A stretch of 64,000 nt of DNA from Camelus dromedarius (GCF_036321535.1 NC_087437.1:111540001-111604000); one strand, 5' to 3'; positions 23,853-37,492 are shown, counted from the first letter of the stretch. A program made the numbers and translations. The notes: generated by a model from the sequence alone, not told the origin.

Positions 23853-25041
23853 CTGTTGGGAGCCAAGGTCACCTGCTGAGCAAGAGCCAGCTCCTCACCC
23901 CGCAGCCCATAACCAAGGCAGCTGGACAACAGACCAGCCACAGACCTAGAGGGCAAACAGTTCGTCCTCAACAGACAAGAGCGTGGACCCCAGCACACAG
24001 AGCAGGAAAAAGCGAGCCGCTCCAGGGAAGGCAAGAAGGGGACCAGAGTCTGGCCTCCACCCCGGAGGCACAGAAAGCTCTCAGGAAACCACGGCTAACT
24101 GGGAGGGCCCGGAGGAGCCTGGCGGTCAGGGCACTGCCGCCTCGCAGAACAACTCCAGGACTGCCTTTCCGTCTCAGGAGCTCCCAGTGAAAAGGCTCAG
24201 AAAAGCCCCAGGACAGCACCTCCATGGCCAAACCTGACGGTGGGCCCCGGAGGACACACAGCCCTCTGAGCTCTAAGGAACTGAAAGTTCAAAACCATCT
24301 GCTCCACACAATTTTTAAATTACAATCATTATTATTCTGAATAACAATCAGTTCTCAGAGACCATGGTGTCCTGGACAACCCAAAATAAGAAACAAGGGT
24401 GGTCCAGCACTGCTTCAACAATTGAATTAAGAACAGAAAACCAAACGCCTGCTCTTTGTCAAGAAAGTTTTCATTCTGAGATAACAATCCATTTGCTGTC
24501 ATTCTGGTTCCCATCAGCATACCCGTTCCCAAAGCAGAAACACCAGTGCACAGTGTATTCGCTCTAACACAGCAGGGTCTGAGAGGAACTGAGCGCCCCT
24601 GAGGAAACCAAGAGTGTAATTCTAAGGGATCAGATGAAAATACTGAAATTTTCAAGGAAATTCATGGATAAGGGAGCCCATGCTGGCTAATGAAGGTAGA
24701 GGCAAGTCTGGGAAAAGCTTAACTTCCCTGGGTTAAGATCATGGAAAATATGTTCTTTCTACAAAATATCGTTTTGAGCGCCTGAATCCTGATCTCCAGA
24801 TAGATGGTTTGTCTGCTAATAATGATCTCACGACACATTTTAGGTGTTTTGAGTGTGTAAGTTCTCATGGTCTTCAAAGGCACCTCGTAAAGTCGAAGTG
24901 GAGAGAGGAAGAGCTGAAACAGGTTTTCTGATGTCACCACAATGATGGCAATCCCAGCCCAGAGCCCACCTGTGGAGTCGTGACCAAGGGGATGCCTGGG
25001 GGTGACCTCCCTGGGGTCCCACCCGCCGGGGAGGGGCTCAC

Positions 25042-25239
25042 CTCAGCTGCTTCAAGAGCACGAGGAGAACGTAGAGGAACTCATTGACCAAGTGCAGGGC
25101 AAGCAGCTTCGGGGGCTCCTGGGAACCAAGGCTGCGAGGAGGCTGTTCCCCCACCTCCGCTCCTCTGTCCCCCAGGTTGGTCACCCACAGCGTGTGCAGC
25201 AGGGAGATGACATTGGACAGCAGCGGAGTCTCCAGAAAC
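25042..25239 (-). CDS. URB1: URB1 exon (FLETPLLSNVISLLHTLW...LLKQL)
   Basis: 198 nt, phase 2-2. Confidence 0.95.
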
Positions 25240-25842
25240 CTGAAACCAAGTGTGGCAAAGTCCACCCTCTGTCACGGCCTCTCCTCCCACTGACATCTGC
25301 CAGGGGAGCGGGGGTGGGAACCACAAAGAGACCACAACGGGGCGGCCACCCGAGCGGTTCAACCCGCCACCGCAGCCCCCACACAGGCACAGCGTCTGAG
25401 TAAGAGCAGGTGCCTGCCACAGAAACACAGCTCCATCCCAGGGCAAGGCCCCAACCCTCCTTTCTAACCAGACGACCACTGAGGTCCTGACAGAGATATT
25501 CTGGAGCCACCACAGCACCGTAAGAGCCATCCTGCCCACGAGGACAGCTCAACTCTAAATCGTAAAGGTCACAGCCGGGAACAGGCGATCAGCCAACGGT
25601 GACTTTCATAAATCTCAGACAGTCTAGAAGTTGATGTCCATATATCCATTCTAGATGTAAGGTGTTACTTTCTTTTGGAGAATATTTTAAAAATTCATTT
25701 AAAAAATGCACAGAAGAGCCTGGATATCCCTGGGCTTATCGCGGACAGCTGTTTGAGCCAAGGGTTGTCTGCTGAGACAAGGTCTTCATCTTTTCACACA
25801 GCCTCAAACTCAGGAGATTATCAGGAATCATAGAGACCAGGC

Positions 25843-26200
25843 TACGGACTGAACCATGTGTCCCACCCCTCCCCAGACTCGGGTGTCAAAGCCCTTAACC
25901 CCTAATGTGACTGTATTTGGAGGGGGGCCTTTGGGAGGCCATTAGGTTTAGATGTGGTCACGAGGCTGGAGCCCATGATGTGACTGGTGTCCTGTAAGGA
26001 GAGGGAGAGACCAGAGCTCCCCGTTCCCTCTAACCCGCCCTGTGAGGGAACATCAGGCAATCAGCAGTCTGTCAGCAGTCTGTCAGCAGTCTGGCAGCCA
26101 TGGAGAGAGCACTCCCCAAACCCGGCCATGCTGGCCCCTGATCTCAGACTTTCGGCCTCCAGAACAGTGAGAAACTGAACCCTAGTGGTTAGTCCCCCCA
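25843..26200 (+). mobile_element. MLT1A-like LTR in URB1 intron
   Basis: GCTACGGACTGAA...AATGTGACTGTATTTGGAG...GCCTCCAGAACAGTGAGAAA. Confidence 0.75.
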
Positions 26201-26712
26201 GATAACAGGACAAATGCCCACCAGGTTCTGGACACACTCGGGCACTGGCCCCTCCCCAAGCACCTTGACCCTGGGCGGGAGTGGAGGGCTGTTACCCACA
26301 TCGCCAAACGAGTGCTCCTGACACTGAGGGCTCCTGGTTTCTACCTCAGGCAGGGCAGCTGTCCTGACACCTCAGATGGAGGACACCACTCCAGGGGAGG
26401 CCTCTGGGCTGCGCAGCTGGGACAGATTGGTCGGCGGGCAGAGCCTCCACCAAACGCAGGCAGTAGCTGGCGCCTGTCACTCCACGGCAGACAAGATGCT
26501 CAGAAGACAGATTTAAAGTGGAGAAATGCCACATTGGCATCACCAGGAGGTTGGTGACAGGTAGGTAGAGGACGCTGTGTCGGAGAACATGGATGCTACT
26601 GGATATTTCCAGTTGACACCAGAGCCAGAGGGAGATGCCACTGTCTCCGTCCCCGCCTTCTGACTGACACACACCTCTCACACACAAGGTCTCTCACACA
26701 CAAGGTGCTCAC

Positions 26713-26822
26713 TTGCTCTCGAAGATGTGTAAGATCCATGTCAAGAGGCTGTAGTCCCGCAGGATCTCGTAGGCAGATTTGGCGTCCCGGGCAGCATTCT
26801 GCAGTATTTCCAAAATCCAATT
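26713..26822 (-). CDS. URB1: URB1 exon (NWILEILQNAA...ILHIFES)
   Basis: 110 nt, phase 0-2. Confidence 0.95.
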
Positions 26823-27835
26823 CTGAAAACCCAAAACAAAAAAGTCACTCTTCAGTGGGGAAACTTGACTCATTTGACCAAAAGAATACTTTAAACCACA
26901 GCATGGTATGTTACAATGATAGGTGGTGGCTGCATGTGACATCTGCTAAGTCTGTAAGAGTGGTGGCCGTGCGGGAGCACCCCTCTCCCCACCAGCGACA
27001 GCTAGAGGACACAGACCGCCACAGCAGTCACTGGCCCGGGCGGACGCTACGTCTGCTGATCCATCACCAGCAAAGACTCAGTGTGGAAACCACACGGCCT
27101 GCATCCGCAGCAGCCTGAGTGGGGAGAGAATGCGGACCCATTTCTAGCCCAGCCATGAGCTGCTGAAGGCTCATTTCATCACCTCAATTCTACCACCTGG
27201 GAAGGAGGACAGAAAGACGGGACTGTCCCCAGAACTGCTAACTAGGTGCTCTAAAATGCTCACAAACCATAAAAAATAAGAATCTACCCTATTTAAATTC
27301 AGTTTATTCAAATGTGTCTCTGAGTCCTGAGTCACTGCTGTTTACCCACATTGTACATAATATCAGAAACAAAAGCTGACCGCACTAGGAATTAATCAAA
27401 ATGCCACAGGCTCCCCAGTCACTCCCCCAGCGGCCCCTGCGTGTACATGCTCCGCACGCGCTCCCGCCGCAGGGGGCGGGGCTTACTGCCGATGCCCCCC
27501 CACCCCCCGTCAGCTGCTGCGAGGCGGGCAGCCTCGACCCCTGGCCCTAGTTTCCCAGTTTGGATGACTTATGGCTTCTGTGCACCACGTGACGTCCTGG
27601 TGGCTTGAGTGTCTCCAAGCACCTCACTTGTTTTTGGGGGCCACGTGTCTCCAGAACTCTCAAAGCCTCGTGATTACTCAGCAGCTCCTCCCTCTTCGCA
27701 GGCCCCGCCCTCGGGCGAGGGCACAGGAAGTTCTTGTCAAACTAGTGGGTCAGGCTGGAGTTAGAATCCATCGGACCTGACCTGCAAACAGACCCGGAGG
27801 AAGGGCGGAGCCTCAGGCCCCCTGACGCCGCCTAC

Positions 27836-27979
27836 CTGGGCCTGGCCGCTGCACAGTGGGCTGTGGAAGAAGGCCAGCAGGACGTGCAGGACGCCCCGCC
27901 GCGCGCAGAGCTCGTAGCAGTGCTTGTCCCGCAGCCCCTGGCGCAGAATCCCGAACACCCACTCCTGTTCCGCTTTTTG
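27836..27979 (-). CDS. URB1: URB1 exon (QKAEQEWVFGILRQGLRDKHCYELC...GQAQ)
   Basis: 144 nt, phase 0-0. Confidence 0.95.
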
Positions 27980-28467
27980 CTGTAACCCAAGCAAACAAGA
28001 CACTAGTTGAGTAAGTGAAGGCCCTTGTCTCTGGAAACCCTTCAAACACCACGATTTTCGGGTGGTGGCACAGACGGCGGCACCGCAGCCCCAACCCCCT
28101 GTTTCTGGACGTGCTATTAAAAGTCCTCCACCTCTTCTCTGATTTGGCTTCTTCAGGTCAGGAATAAAGGACCAGGTCAAGTTCAAACACTGAATTGTGC
28201 TAATTCAGGGGGGTGTCCTCTAAAAGCACATTTAATATTCGATCCAGTGATTCGCCAAAAGAATAGAACGAAGATACCATGACACACAGGGCCCTGCGAC
28301 GTCTGAGAAGCCACCTAAGAGTCACCGCGTGGGCTGGACAGTGCCTCTGCACGCAGGCTTGCGATCGCCCCCACCCGCCTGGCCTCCTGTCCCACCCATG
28401 CTGCGCAGCCCACAGCCTGGACGGGGGCGCCGGGAAAGTGACTGGGGAGACTTTGCGGGAGCAGTAC

Positions 28468-28574
28468 CTCAAAGTCAGAGCTGTAGAAGAACTGGTAGAA
28501 GCCCGGGACTTTGCTCATGTTCAGGTACTCATGGGACAGCAGGAACTTGTTGACCTTCAGGTACATGTGCTCCT
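28468..28574 (-). CDS. URB1: URB1 exon (EEHMYLKVNKFLLSHEYL...YSSDFE)
   Basis: 107 nt, phase 1-0. Confidence 0.95.
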
Positions 28575-29522
28575 CTGTGGACACAGGCAGACAGTCACTC
28601 ACAGAGGTGCCAGCAGGACACCCCGCGGTCGGCTGGAGCCGGCAAGTGAGGGGCTGGACATCAAACATCAAAAATCCCTGTCCTTGGGGGCTTTCTAATC
28701 CTTGTCCAGGGTATTAGTTCTCAAGAATTAAAATGCAGTAGGACACCTTAGTTCTGCACGCATACAGGCTTCCCTCGTGGTTCAGAAACCACTCCTGGAC
28801 GTCAGGTCCTTCGGAGACATCGCTCCCCTCGCCCAGTCATCAGCCTCCTGCCTAAGCTCCAATCAGCCAGGCTTGGCCTCACATAAGACAGCACAGCTAA
28901 CACCCAACCCATTGGCCTCTCACTGAGGGAACCACCACAGAGAAGACAGGGCTCAGACATGCCCTGGAACACTTGGCTCTAGAGTGCAACGGGGCCGACA
29001 CCTCCTCCCCCTCGTCCCACCCTCGGATCACTGCCTCCCATCTGTGCAGACCGCCTGCAGCCTCAGAGCCCCCCCAATACCACTGCTGCCCTGCGCCCTG
29101 ACCCCGACATGAGGTCTCAGGTGGGACACGGCTCGCCCAGGTGGCACGGACTGGACAGGAGGCCGAGACCATTCACTGTGACCTCTGCTGGGATTTTCTT
29201 TAGAGTCTACAAATGCTTAACTACCTTCTTTCCTCCCATAATTTCTAAAGTAAAGGAAAAAAACCACATAATAAAAATGATATAGGAACAGATAAAAATC
29301 AGACCTGAATTCTAATGGCAACTTGACTTCAGACTAATTGTGGGGCTTTGGACAAGCTATTTGACCTTGGGGGCCTCGGATGGGAGGCTGTCTCCTCATC
29401 TGAAAATGACCACGTTAGGCTCAAAGAATGTGGTCTCTAAGAGTACCAACACTCTATGACTTTTCACCATTAACTAAAACAAAACAAAAAAAAGTTTTAT
29501 GACAGATTTCAATCAGTGGTAC

Positions 29523-29634
29523 CTGGTTTCAAAATCTGCAGGGCTGCTTTGGCAATGAAGAGAGCCAGGATAAAGGTGAGTCTCATGTTCTGAGTTCGGA
29601 TCCCATTCCGGACAACATCCAAGAGATACAGTAC
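29523..29634 (-). CDS. URB1: URB1 exon (VLYLLDVVRNGIRTQNMRLTFILALFIAKAALQILKP)
   Basis: 112 nt, TTTAAG| acceptor, phase 0-1. Read manually. Confidence 0.92.
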
Positions 29635-30028
29635 CTTAAAACCACGAAAAAAGGGGAAAAAAGAGAATTTTCAGAACAGCTGTGACCAGCCTGGTCTTAA
29701 GCAGCCTAAACCACAGCTTTGTAGGCATCCTCCTCACACCTGGGGGACCACCAAAGGTGACTCCTGTTCCCCACAGCTCAGGGCATGGCTTCTGAGGCCT
29801 CATATGTCCTGCATGACAGCTGTTATAACCTCTGATTTCAGACCAGGGAAACAGTCGACAGAAATGAGAACTGCTCTGCCCACCCACAATGCAAGAAGAG
29901 CGTTTATAAGGGGAGACCTCTCTCCACCTCTAGCATCATCCCCCAGGAGGGGACAGACTTTTGTTCTTTATCTCAGGTCTCCTGGCAACACGCCTCTGTG
30001 TTCCTGAGGGGTCCTTCCACCTGCTCAC

Positions 30029-30189
30029 CTGGGACTGCTCCCGGAACCGCGCCCCCTCCAGCTGCGAGTAGTAGGCCGCCAGGACGGAGTAGGCCGCGGC
30101 TCGCATCTGGGGGTCATAGCTGCTGAGGGCCATGACGGTGAGGCCCAGAGCATTGGAATCCACAAATTTTCGACAATCCACCACAAATT
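30029..30189 (-). CDS. URB1: URB1 exon (EFVVDCRKFVDSNALGL...FREQSQ)
   Basis: 161 nt, phase 1-0. Confidence 0.95.
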
Positions 30190-30215
30190 CTACGAGAAAT
30201 AAAATAAAGCATTAA

Positions 30216-30217
<2 letters not shown>

Positions 30218-30253
<36 letters not shown>
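30218..30253. repeat. (AC)18 microsatellite
   Basis: Perfect dinucleotide run, seen directly. Confidence 0.95.
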
Positions 30254-30255
<2 letters not shown>

Positions 30256-31589
30256 TTCCGCAATGCTTGTGCAACACGGAGAATTCGATTTCCTTTTGCA
30301 TTTTACCACTGTTGGCTACGTGTGTGTGCCAGATACAAGAAATGCAAGTCTCTCTCCTGCTCCCCTTCACTTCTTCTGACACCGGATAAAAGACTATCTC
30401 CCCTTCCATGGCAATCATCACCATGCCTCCAGCTTTTAAGATGCTTGTAAATCCCAACCAGGATTCTTTCATTACGTCTCACAAATACTCAATGAGCCAG
30501 AGAACAGAGGTGAGGTCCCACTGGGTGCCAGCAGGAAAGCCAGCTCACGGTATCTACCTCATCCAGCCTGCTGCCTCTGAGCTCCTAACTACAAATGCCG
30601 CCAAGGAAAATACATAAGGCAGTGATGCTGGGAAACTGAGCCAGTGCAAACCAGCCTGAGCTGGCCCATCAATTTGACGAAGGATTAACTTATATCCACT
30701 CTGCAACCCTAGTTCTTTCTTCAAACAAACGACAAAAATCATACAGAAGAGCAGCTCACTGAGCTTGAGCAAAAGCTGCAGCCAGAGAGCCTGCTGACTA
30801 ATATCCATTCATCACCTGTGAGGCCTTGAGAAACTCATATCACTCCAGGAGAGGATGTGACCAAGAGAGAAGGTCAGATCCATGAGGGGACCCACCTGAC
30901 CACACCTGAAATTCAGGACACTTGAAATCCTCTTTAGTAAAAACGCAGGCCTTTTTACAATATAAATACTGTCAAGAAAAACCTCAGAACAGACCTAGGT
31001 CACTTAGTTTAAAAATGACTATGCAGTATTTGGCCATGATAATCACCTAGAATGAGGGACTGGTGACCCAGTTAAATTAGGAACCAAACATAAACCAACT
31101 GAAATGACTATCCCGAAAAAGTCATATACCACTGATGATATTTTTTAAAAGTCAAACTCTTTTTTCCTCTTCTCTCCCCAAAGTTAGACTTTTAAAAGAA
31201 TAATGCTTGCATTTAAAAACAAAAACAAACTAAGAGTAAATCAAGAAGAAAAGTGATAATAATCAGCTACTTCTTAGTCCAAAAAGCTACATAATCGCAT
31301 AATGGTCTCCAAATAGGTGGTTGTCCCAAAGTGTAGAAGTCACTAGAAACCATGAAGCGGAGACCTGTGGCCATGCCTGCAGCTCTGCTTGGGGGTGATG
31401 AGGTCTGAGAGGCTGAGGCACGCCAGGGGACCGGGACCTACCCGCTGGGCGAGCTCTGTTTGCCCTCCCTCAGAAGCAGCAGGGTCCTCGGAGCTCTGCC
31501 AGCATCCCACCCAGGGCAGACTGGTGGGGGCGGGCCGCTTACATACAGCTCCCCTCCTCTGTCTTTCAATTTTTACACCATATCAAAGA

Positions 31590-33830
31590 ATAACCAGGAT
31601 TTCTACTTCCAGCCAGGAGAGAGTGATAGGAACCAGATTCAGCTGTCTACCTCAAGCAACGAAAAAATGACTGAAGGAATGAACCCAGGACTTTCAAGAC
31701 ACTGGACACGAAGCAACAAAGGACAGCGGTCCCTGCGAGATGGGAAACAAGGCGACCTTCTGAGCATCCCAGCTGGAGAGTTGCACTGGGAGGCAAACGA
31801 GGCAGAGACTGGGGAACTCTGAGTGGATGAGGTGGGAACCTGGGAGGTCGAGGGGGCAGAAGTGACAAGGCAGAGTCCTGGAGAAGAGCGTGCCACTGAG
31901 AGAGTGTCAGTCTTCAGCTGAGTGAGTGCCAGTCAGCAAGGGCGCAAGAGGAAGCCACCCAAGGCTGGGAAAGAAGCACCCAAAGGGATGGGCGGAGACA
32001 ACCCTGGGCTCACACATGCCCAGAAATAGCTCCTGTTCCCACCAGCCAGGGCGGAATCCTCACGGGCTAGGGCAGAGTGCTCAGAGGATTTCACCTCAGT
32101 TGTGGGGCAAAGTTCGTCCCAGATTCAATGTTGCTTTGGTCCCACCTAACCAAGCTTAGACGTTTAACACTGGAAAGGATGAAACCATGTCCAAGTAACC
32201 TGAGTGTGCCCTAGAACAAAGCTCACGAAAATAATAATAATAATAATAAAAATAAATAAATTAAAAAAAAAAAAAGCTTACAAGCACTCACAGGGATATA
32301 AAAATAACCAGCACCAAACAAAGTAAAATTCACGATGTCTTGCTTCCAATAAAAATTACCAGGCATTCAAAAAAGCAGGAATATGGCCCATTATAAAGAA
32401 AAAAATTGACCATTTGAAAATGACCCAGATATAATACAGGTAACAGAATTAGTACAGAAAGACATTTAAACAGTTATTATCACTGAATTCTACATTTTCA
32501 GAGGAAAGACTGGGCATGTTAAGCAGAGACATGGAAGATATGAAAACTCAAATCAAGCTTCTAGAGATGAAAGTTAAGATGTCTAAGACGAAAAAGGCAC
32601 TGAATGGAATTATCAGCAGATTAGACATTGCAGAAAAAAAGATCAATGAACCTAAAGACAGCCACAGAAACTATCCAAACTGAAACACAGAGAGAAAAAA
32701 GGATTTTACAGATATAAAAAACCTGAAAGAATTTATCACCAGCAGCTTTGAACTACAAGAATTCTTAAACGATGTATTTTGGGGAGAAGGAAAATTATAG
32801 AAGATGGAAATCTGGATCTACACGAAGGAATGAAGAAAACAAGGAATGATAACTATGGAGTGAAAATAAAATATTTAAATCCCTTCAAGAGGTAACTGGC
32901 AATCTGAAGCAAAAGTGACCACATATTATGGACTTTTTATAGCATGTAGACGGAAAACGTATGGTAATTACAGCACAAAGCCAGGAGGGGAGAGATAGAG
33001 CGATACTACTGTAAGGTGCTTCTATTATCCATCAGGTGGTATAAACTCACTTGAAAGTAAGCCACAATAAATTGAAGATGTATACTATAAACCCCAAAGC
33101 AACCAATGCACACACTCACAAGCACACACACAAATTATAGCTAAAAGCCAATAAAGACAATAAGGTGGAATCAGATCAATTATCACATTAAATGTAAATG
33201 GTGTACACATTCTGACTAAAAGGCAGAGATGGTCAGACTGGATAAAAAAGCAAAACCCAAGCATATCCTGTCTACAAGAAACCACTTTTAATATCAAATG
33301 CAAACTTTAAGTAAAAGGATAAAGTGGTGATCATTTTGAAATATACAGAAATACTGAATCACTATTTTGTGTACCAGGACCTAACAAAGTGTTTTAGGTC
33401 CATTATACTTTAAAAATGACAAACAAACAAACCCACAGAAAAAGAAACCAGATTTGTGGTTACCAGAGGCAAGGGGTAGAAGGAGGGCGAATTGGATGAA
33501 GGCAGTCAAAAGGTATAATCTTCTAGTTATAAGATAAATAAATATTAAGGATGTAACGTACAACATAATTTAATCAACCCTGCTTTATGTTCTATGTTAA
33601 AGTTGTTAAGAAAGTAAATCCGAAGAGTTCTTCACAAAGAAAAAAAAAATTTTTCTTTCTTTTACTTTCTATTTATATGAGATAATGGATGCTCACTAAA
33701 CTTACTGTGGTGAACATGTCATGCTGTATGTAAGTCAAATCATTATGCTGCACACCTTAATTGTACGCCAACTATAGTTCAATAAAACTGGAAGGAAAAA
33801 AAAGTAAAAGGATGGAAAAAGAACAATCAG
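31590..33830 (+). mobile_element. Degraded L1M (5' UTR/ORF1/ORF2 start) with a nested L1 3' end at about 33320-33800
   Basis: ORF1-like (CAGCAGATTAGACATTGCAGAA, AGAATTTATCACCAGCAG) and endonuclease-start (ATTAAATGTAAATGG...AAAAGGCAGAGAT) motifs. A-rich, no intact ORF. Confidence 0.7.
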
Positions 33831-36459
33831 AAGACTCCTGGGCTCTAACAGCTTATGGACTGAATTTTCTCATTTCTAACAAGTGACTACTTTGATAAGG
33901 GCAGGAAAAAACCTGAACACTTTACAAAGCATCAAACTGTGGCATAAAATTGTATTGTTTTGGAAAAGATGAAATGTGTTTAAGATACACCTACATACTT
34001 ACATAACAAAAAACATACAAATAGAATATATTCGAGAAAGAGAACTCTGAACATTTAATATCACATTCACTAAAAATAGCTAGTACTCAGCTGGTAGGGA
34101 TATTTTTAGTAATCACTGACATTCTCTAAGAGAAAAGGGTTTTCCACATGTCCATGGGGAAAAGGCAGTTTCATGTTTTGTGCTCATTTCTGTTATTCTC
34201 CGGAAGGCTTGGCTTTGTAACACGTATGGAAAAGAACTGCCTCCAGGCATTGAAAATATATTGTGCTATTTAAAAATAGTTATAAATGCCATTCTCTTTG
34301 TCTCAAGAGCCTCATAAACAGCAGTGTGGCCTTGTGATAACAGATCTTCAGATCAAAATGGCTTAACCAGGACAACTACAAGGATTAAAATGAAAAGCAC
34401 CCCATGCTTTATGGGCTTTAGTGCAGATCCCGTGGGAGGATGAAGAGCTCTCCCTCACGCCTCCTCTCACACAACCTCCCAAGGGGCGGCCTGGCCAGAA
34501 GGCTCGTCACAAGGAGGGGCCCTCAGAGCCTGTGTCCAGTGGCCTGGTGACGAGGCTCGGAGAGCCGCACACAGGCCTCCCTGTTCCGTGGCATATGTGA
34601 ATTAGGAGCTCAAGCTCTCAGCCCGGGTCTCTTGAGGGCAAGAATCTGCTGTGGGAAAAGCATCTGTCACTGCCATTGCTACCAGCCTTGGCTGGCCCTG
34701 CCTCTCAGCCAAGGACTCAAAGAAGGGTAGCAGTGGGGTTAAGAAAACAGGTTCCCATTTTCAGCAAAGGGCTGAAATGGAGCAGTAAGACTAGCTTCTC
34801 CGAAGCCTGGCCTCTACACATAAAAACTAATCACACACTCAATTTAGGACTGCAAAATGTTTAGCAACACTTGGACCCAGGTGCCACTGCAGGAAGTAAA
34901 AACATGCCACAGAGAACTTCTGCTACACACAGCAAGGATGAATCTCATAAATATAATGTGGATAAATGGAACTGATACAAAAAATATATAGTGTTTAATG
35001 CCATTTACATAAAGTTCAAATACACGACACTGGCTCCCACTGGGAAGGAAGGAGTACTGACCAGGGAGGGGCCTGAAGAACTGTTATTAGGTTCCGTTCC
35101 TTTATCTGCTGGAGGTTTGGCCAAAACTCGAGCCACACGTATACGACTTGTGTGGGTTCCTACTTATCACACTTTGATAAAAGTTTATTTTAGACATTGT
35201 TCATGCTTACTCATGCACCAGGGCAAAAGTAAATGGAGTAACTTTAAAAAATAATAATATAAAAAAAGATTTGTGGCTTAATTCAACTACAGTAAACCTG
35301 GTCTACACTGGACATTCAGCTGTTCACAGATCTCTGGTCTGTTCAACGTCTCATTTTCCTGCTCGGGTCTTCCTCTCTTGGTGAGCTGGTGGGCTTCTTT
35401 TTATCAGATGATGAACTCTGATCTATATTAGACCAGTAAAACGTAAAGCAGGCTGTATTTAGAGATTTCCCTAACTTGCAAGAGCATTTACCACTTACCT
35501 CTCCTCACAAAAGGCCTTCCAGAGCCTGCCTGCCCTCTCGCTACCGCCGCCCAAAAGGGCAATATTCAAGACTCAGAAAAACACTGCCTTGATTCTATTT
35601 TTCTATTAAGAGTTTTCCAAACCTTGGCCTTCTGTCTCCTAAAAGCTCTACTGAGAGATAGATCAACAGACTAAATGATTTGTTGTAACTGACTGAAGTT
35701 GCATATTTTTAGGCTGTGGGAAATCTATTTTCATGTTTGATGAGAAACAGACTTCGCCAGCACCGCCAAGGCATGGAGGGGTCAGAGAGCTTAGAGATGT
35801 GCCTCACTTAGTCGCTGCTAACAGTCGCCAGGCTATTAAGAGATCCGATCCGCTTGCCGTTACCATCCTCTGACATCTGCCCGAAATGAAATGCCCCTGC
35901 TCTCCTGCAAAGAAAATCTAGCTCAGCCATAGGACCCAGCGTTTGTGGAGGGGCTACTGATGGGCAGCCTCTGGGAACACAGCCCTCTCGTCTTCCTGTT
36001 GGGAACTAAAGGGCAGTGGTGGAGGATCAGCAAATCTGTTCAAAGGAGGAGCATTTGAGTATAAAAAGACAACTTCACGTCTAAAGAGGGAGAAAACAGG
36101 AGATCAGTGGCGCAGTCTCCCGGAGTGCCTAACCCACGCGGCCATTACGTCCGGGAGGAAGGAGTCGGGGAGCTCCTCCGGCATCACGCTGGCCATTCAA
36201 CGAGCAGACAGGCAGAGTACAGGCCTTGGCCTCTCTCACCGCACCCTGCCTGTAGTGACAGCTCTGCTGGTCCCCACTGGGCACCTAGTACAGAGGAAGG
36301 ACAGGGCTCCTGGCTTGGTGCCCGTGGAGGCCACATGAGGAGCAGTGATGGGCTGCTCCTGCCCTCCCAGGAGGAGGTGTCAGCGCAGGGAGCTGGGACT
36401 CTGCCCCGCCCGGCTGTAACTGGGAGGAAGGATGAGGAGATGGCAGATAGACAAATGGG

Positions 36460-36975
36460 GCTGGAACAGAACATCCACAGGCCGAGAAATGAAACTGGGC
36501 CTAAAGGTCACACCTTGTACAAAAATTAATTCAAAACAGATCACAGATGTAAATGTAAAACCTACAACTATAAAACTTTCAGAAATAAAGATAGGAGAAA
36601 ATCTTTGGGATCGAGGGATAGGCAAAGATTTCTTAAGACTTGACACCATAAATGCGACCCATAAAAGGAAAAACTGATAAACTCAGCTTCATCAAAATCA
36701 AAAACTTTTGCTCTTAGAAAAAGTCTGTTAAGAGGGTAAAAAAATAAGCCACACACTGGGAGAAAACACCTGCAAACTACGTATCAACGGACTACTATCT
36801 ACCATATATAAAGAACCCTCAAAACTCAACAGTAAGAACAAAACAAAGAAACAAGTCCATTAGGATAAATGGGCAAAAGACACAAACTGACATTTTTACC
36901 AAAGATCTTCAACATCATTAGCCCTGAGGAAAATGCAAATTCAAACCACACTGAGACATCACTACCCACCAATGA
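36460..36975 (+). mobile_element. L1 ORF2 3' fragment
   Basis: Track ORF TKINSKQITDVNVKPTTIKL..IGENL.D.GIGKDFL is L1 ORF2-like. Confidence 0.8.
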
Positions 36976-37492
36976 TGACAAAATGCCCCAAACCAACAGA
37001 TCCCACCAGCATGGGAGTCAGACCCTGGTCTTCACCAGTTGGTACACACAATGCTTTTTCTTCTTTCTGTCTCTCCTCCATCTGTTCACCCGCAAGGACT
37101 TCCACCCTCAGGCTAGTAGACACAAAATGCAATTTCAAAAATATACTTAAACCAAGAAAAAGCCAACCTCGGCAGGCTCTCACTGATTCTCAAGGACAAA
37201 ATCTCTCATTTCTGCTGGTAGATGACCACTATCCAGCAAAAATTCAGAAACAGCTCTTGGCATTAAGGGTTAGGAAAACATCGAAGACATAGGGATGCTC
37301 TGGATTTTAAAATTATACATGCCCTTAAAAAAAATTACTGTACGTTCAAAACATGAATTATCACTTTGCTGAAAATCACTGGAATGGAAAAGTGAGAAGG
37401 CAGCTGCGTTCCTTCAAGAATTATTTTCACGATCAAGGTCCTAATGTGGTAATTATGGTAATAGTAACCCCCACCCCCAAGGCTGCAATTAC

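Noticed and set aside
31590..33830. Possible intact L1 or retroviral coding region
   Set aside because: Heavily degraded, with many stops and deletions and no long ORF.
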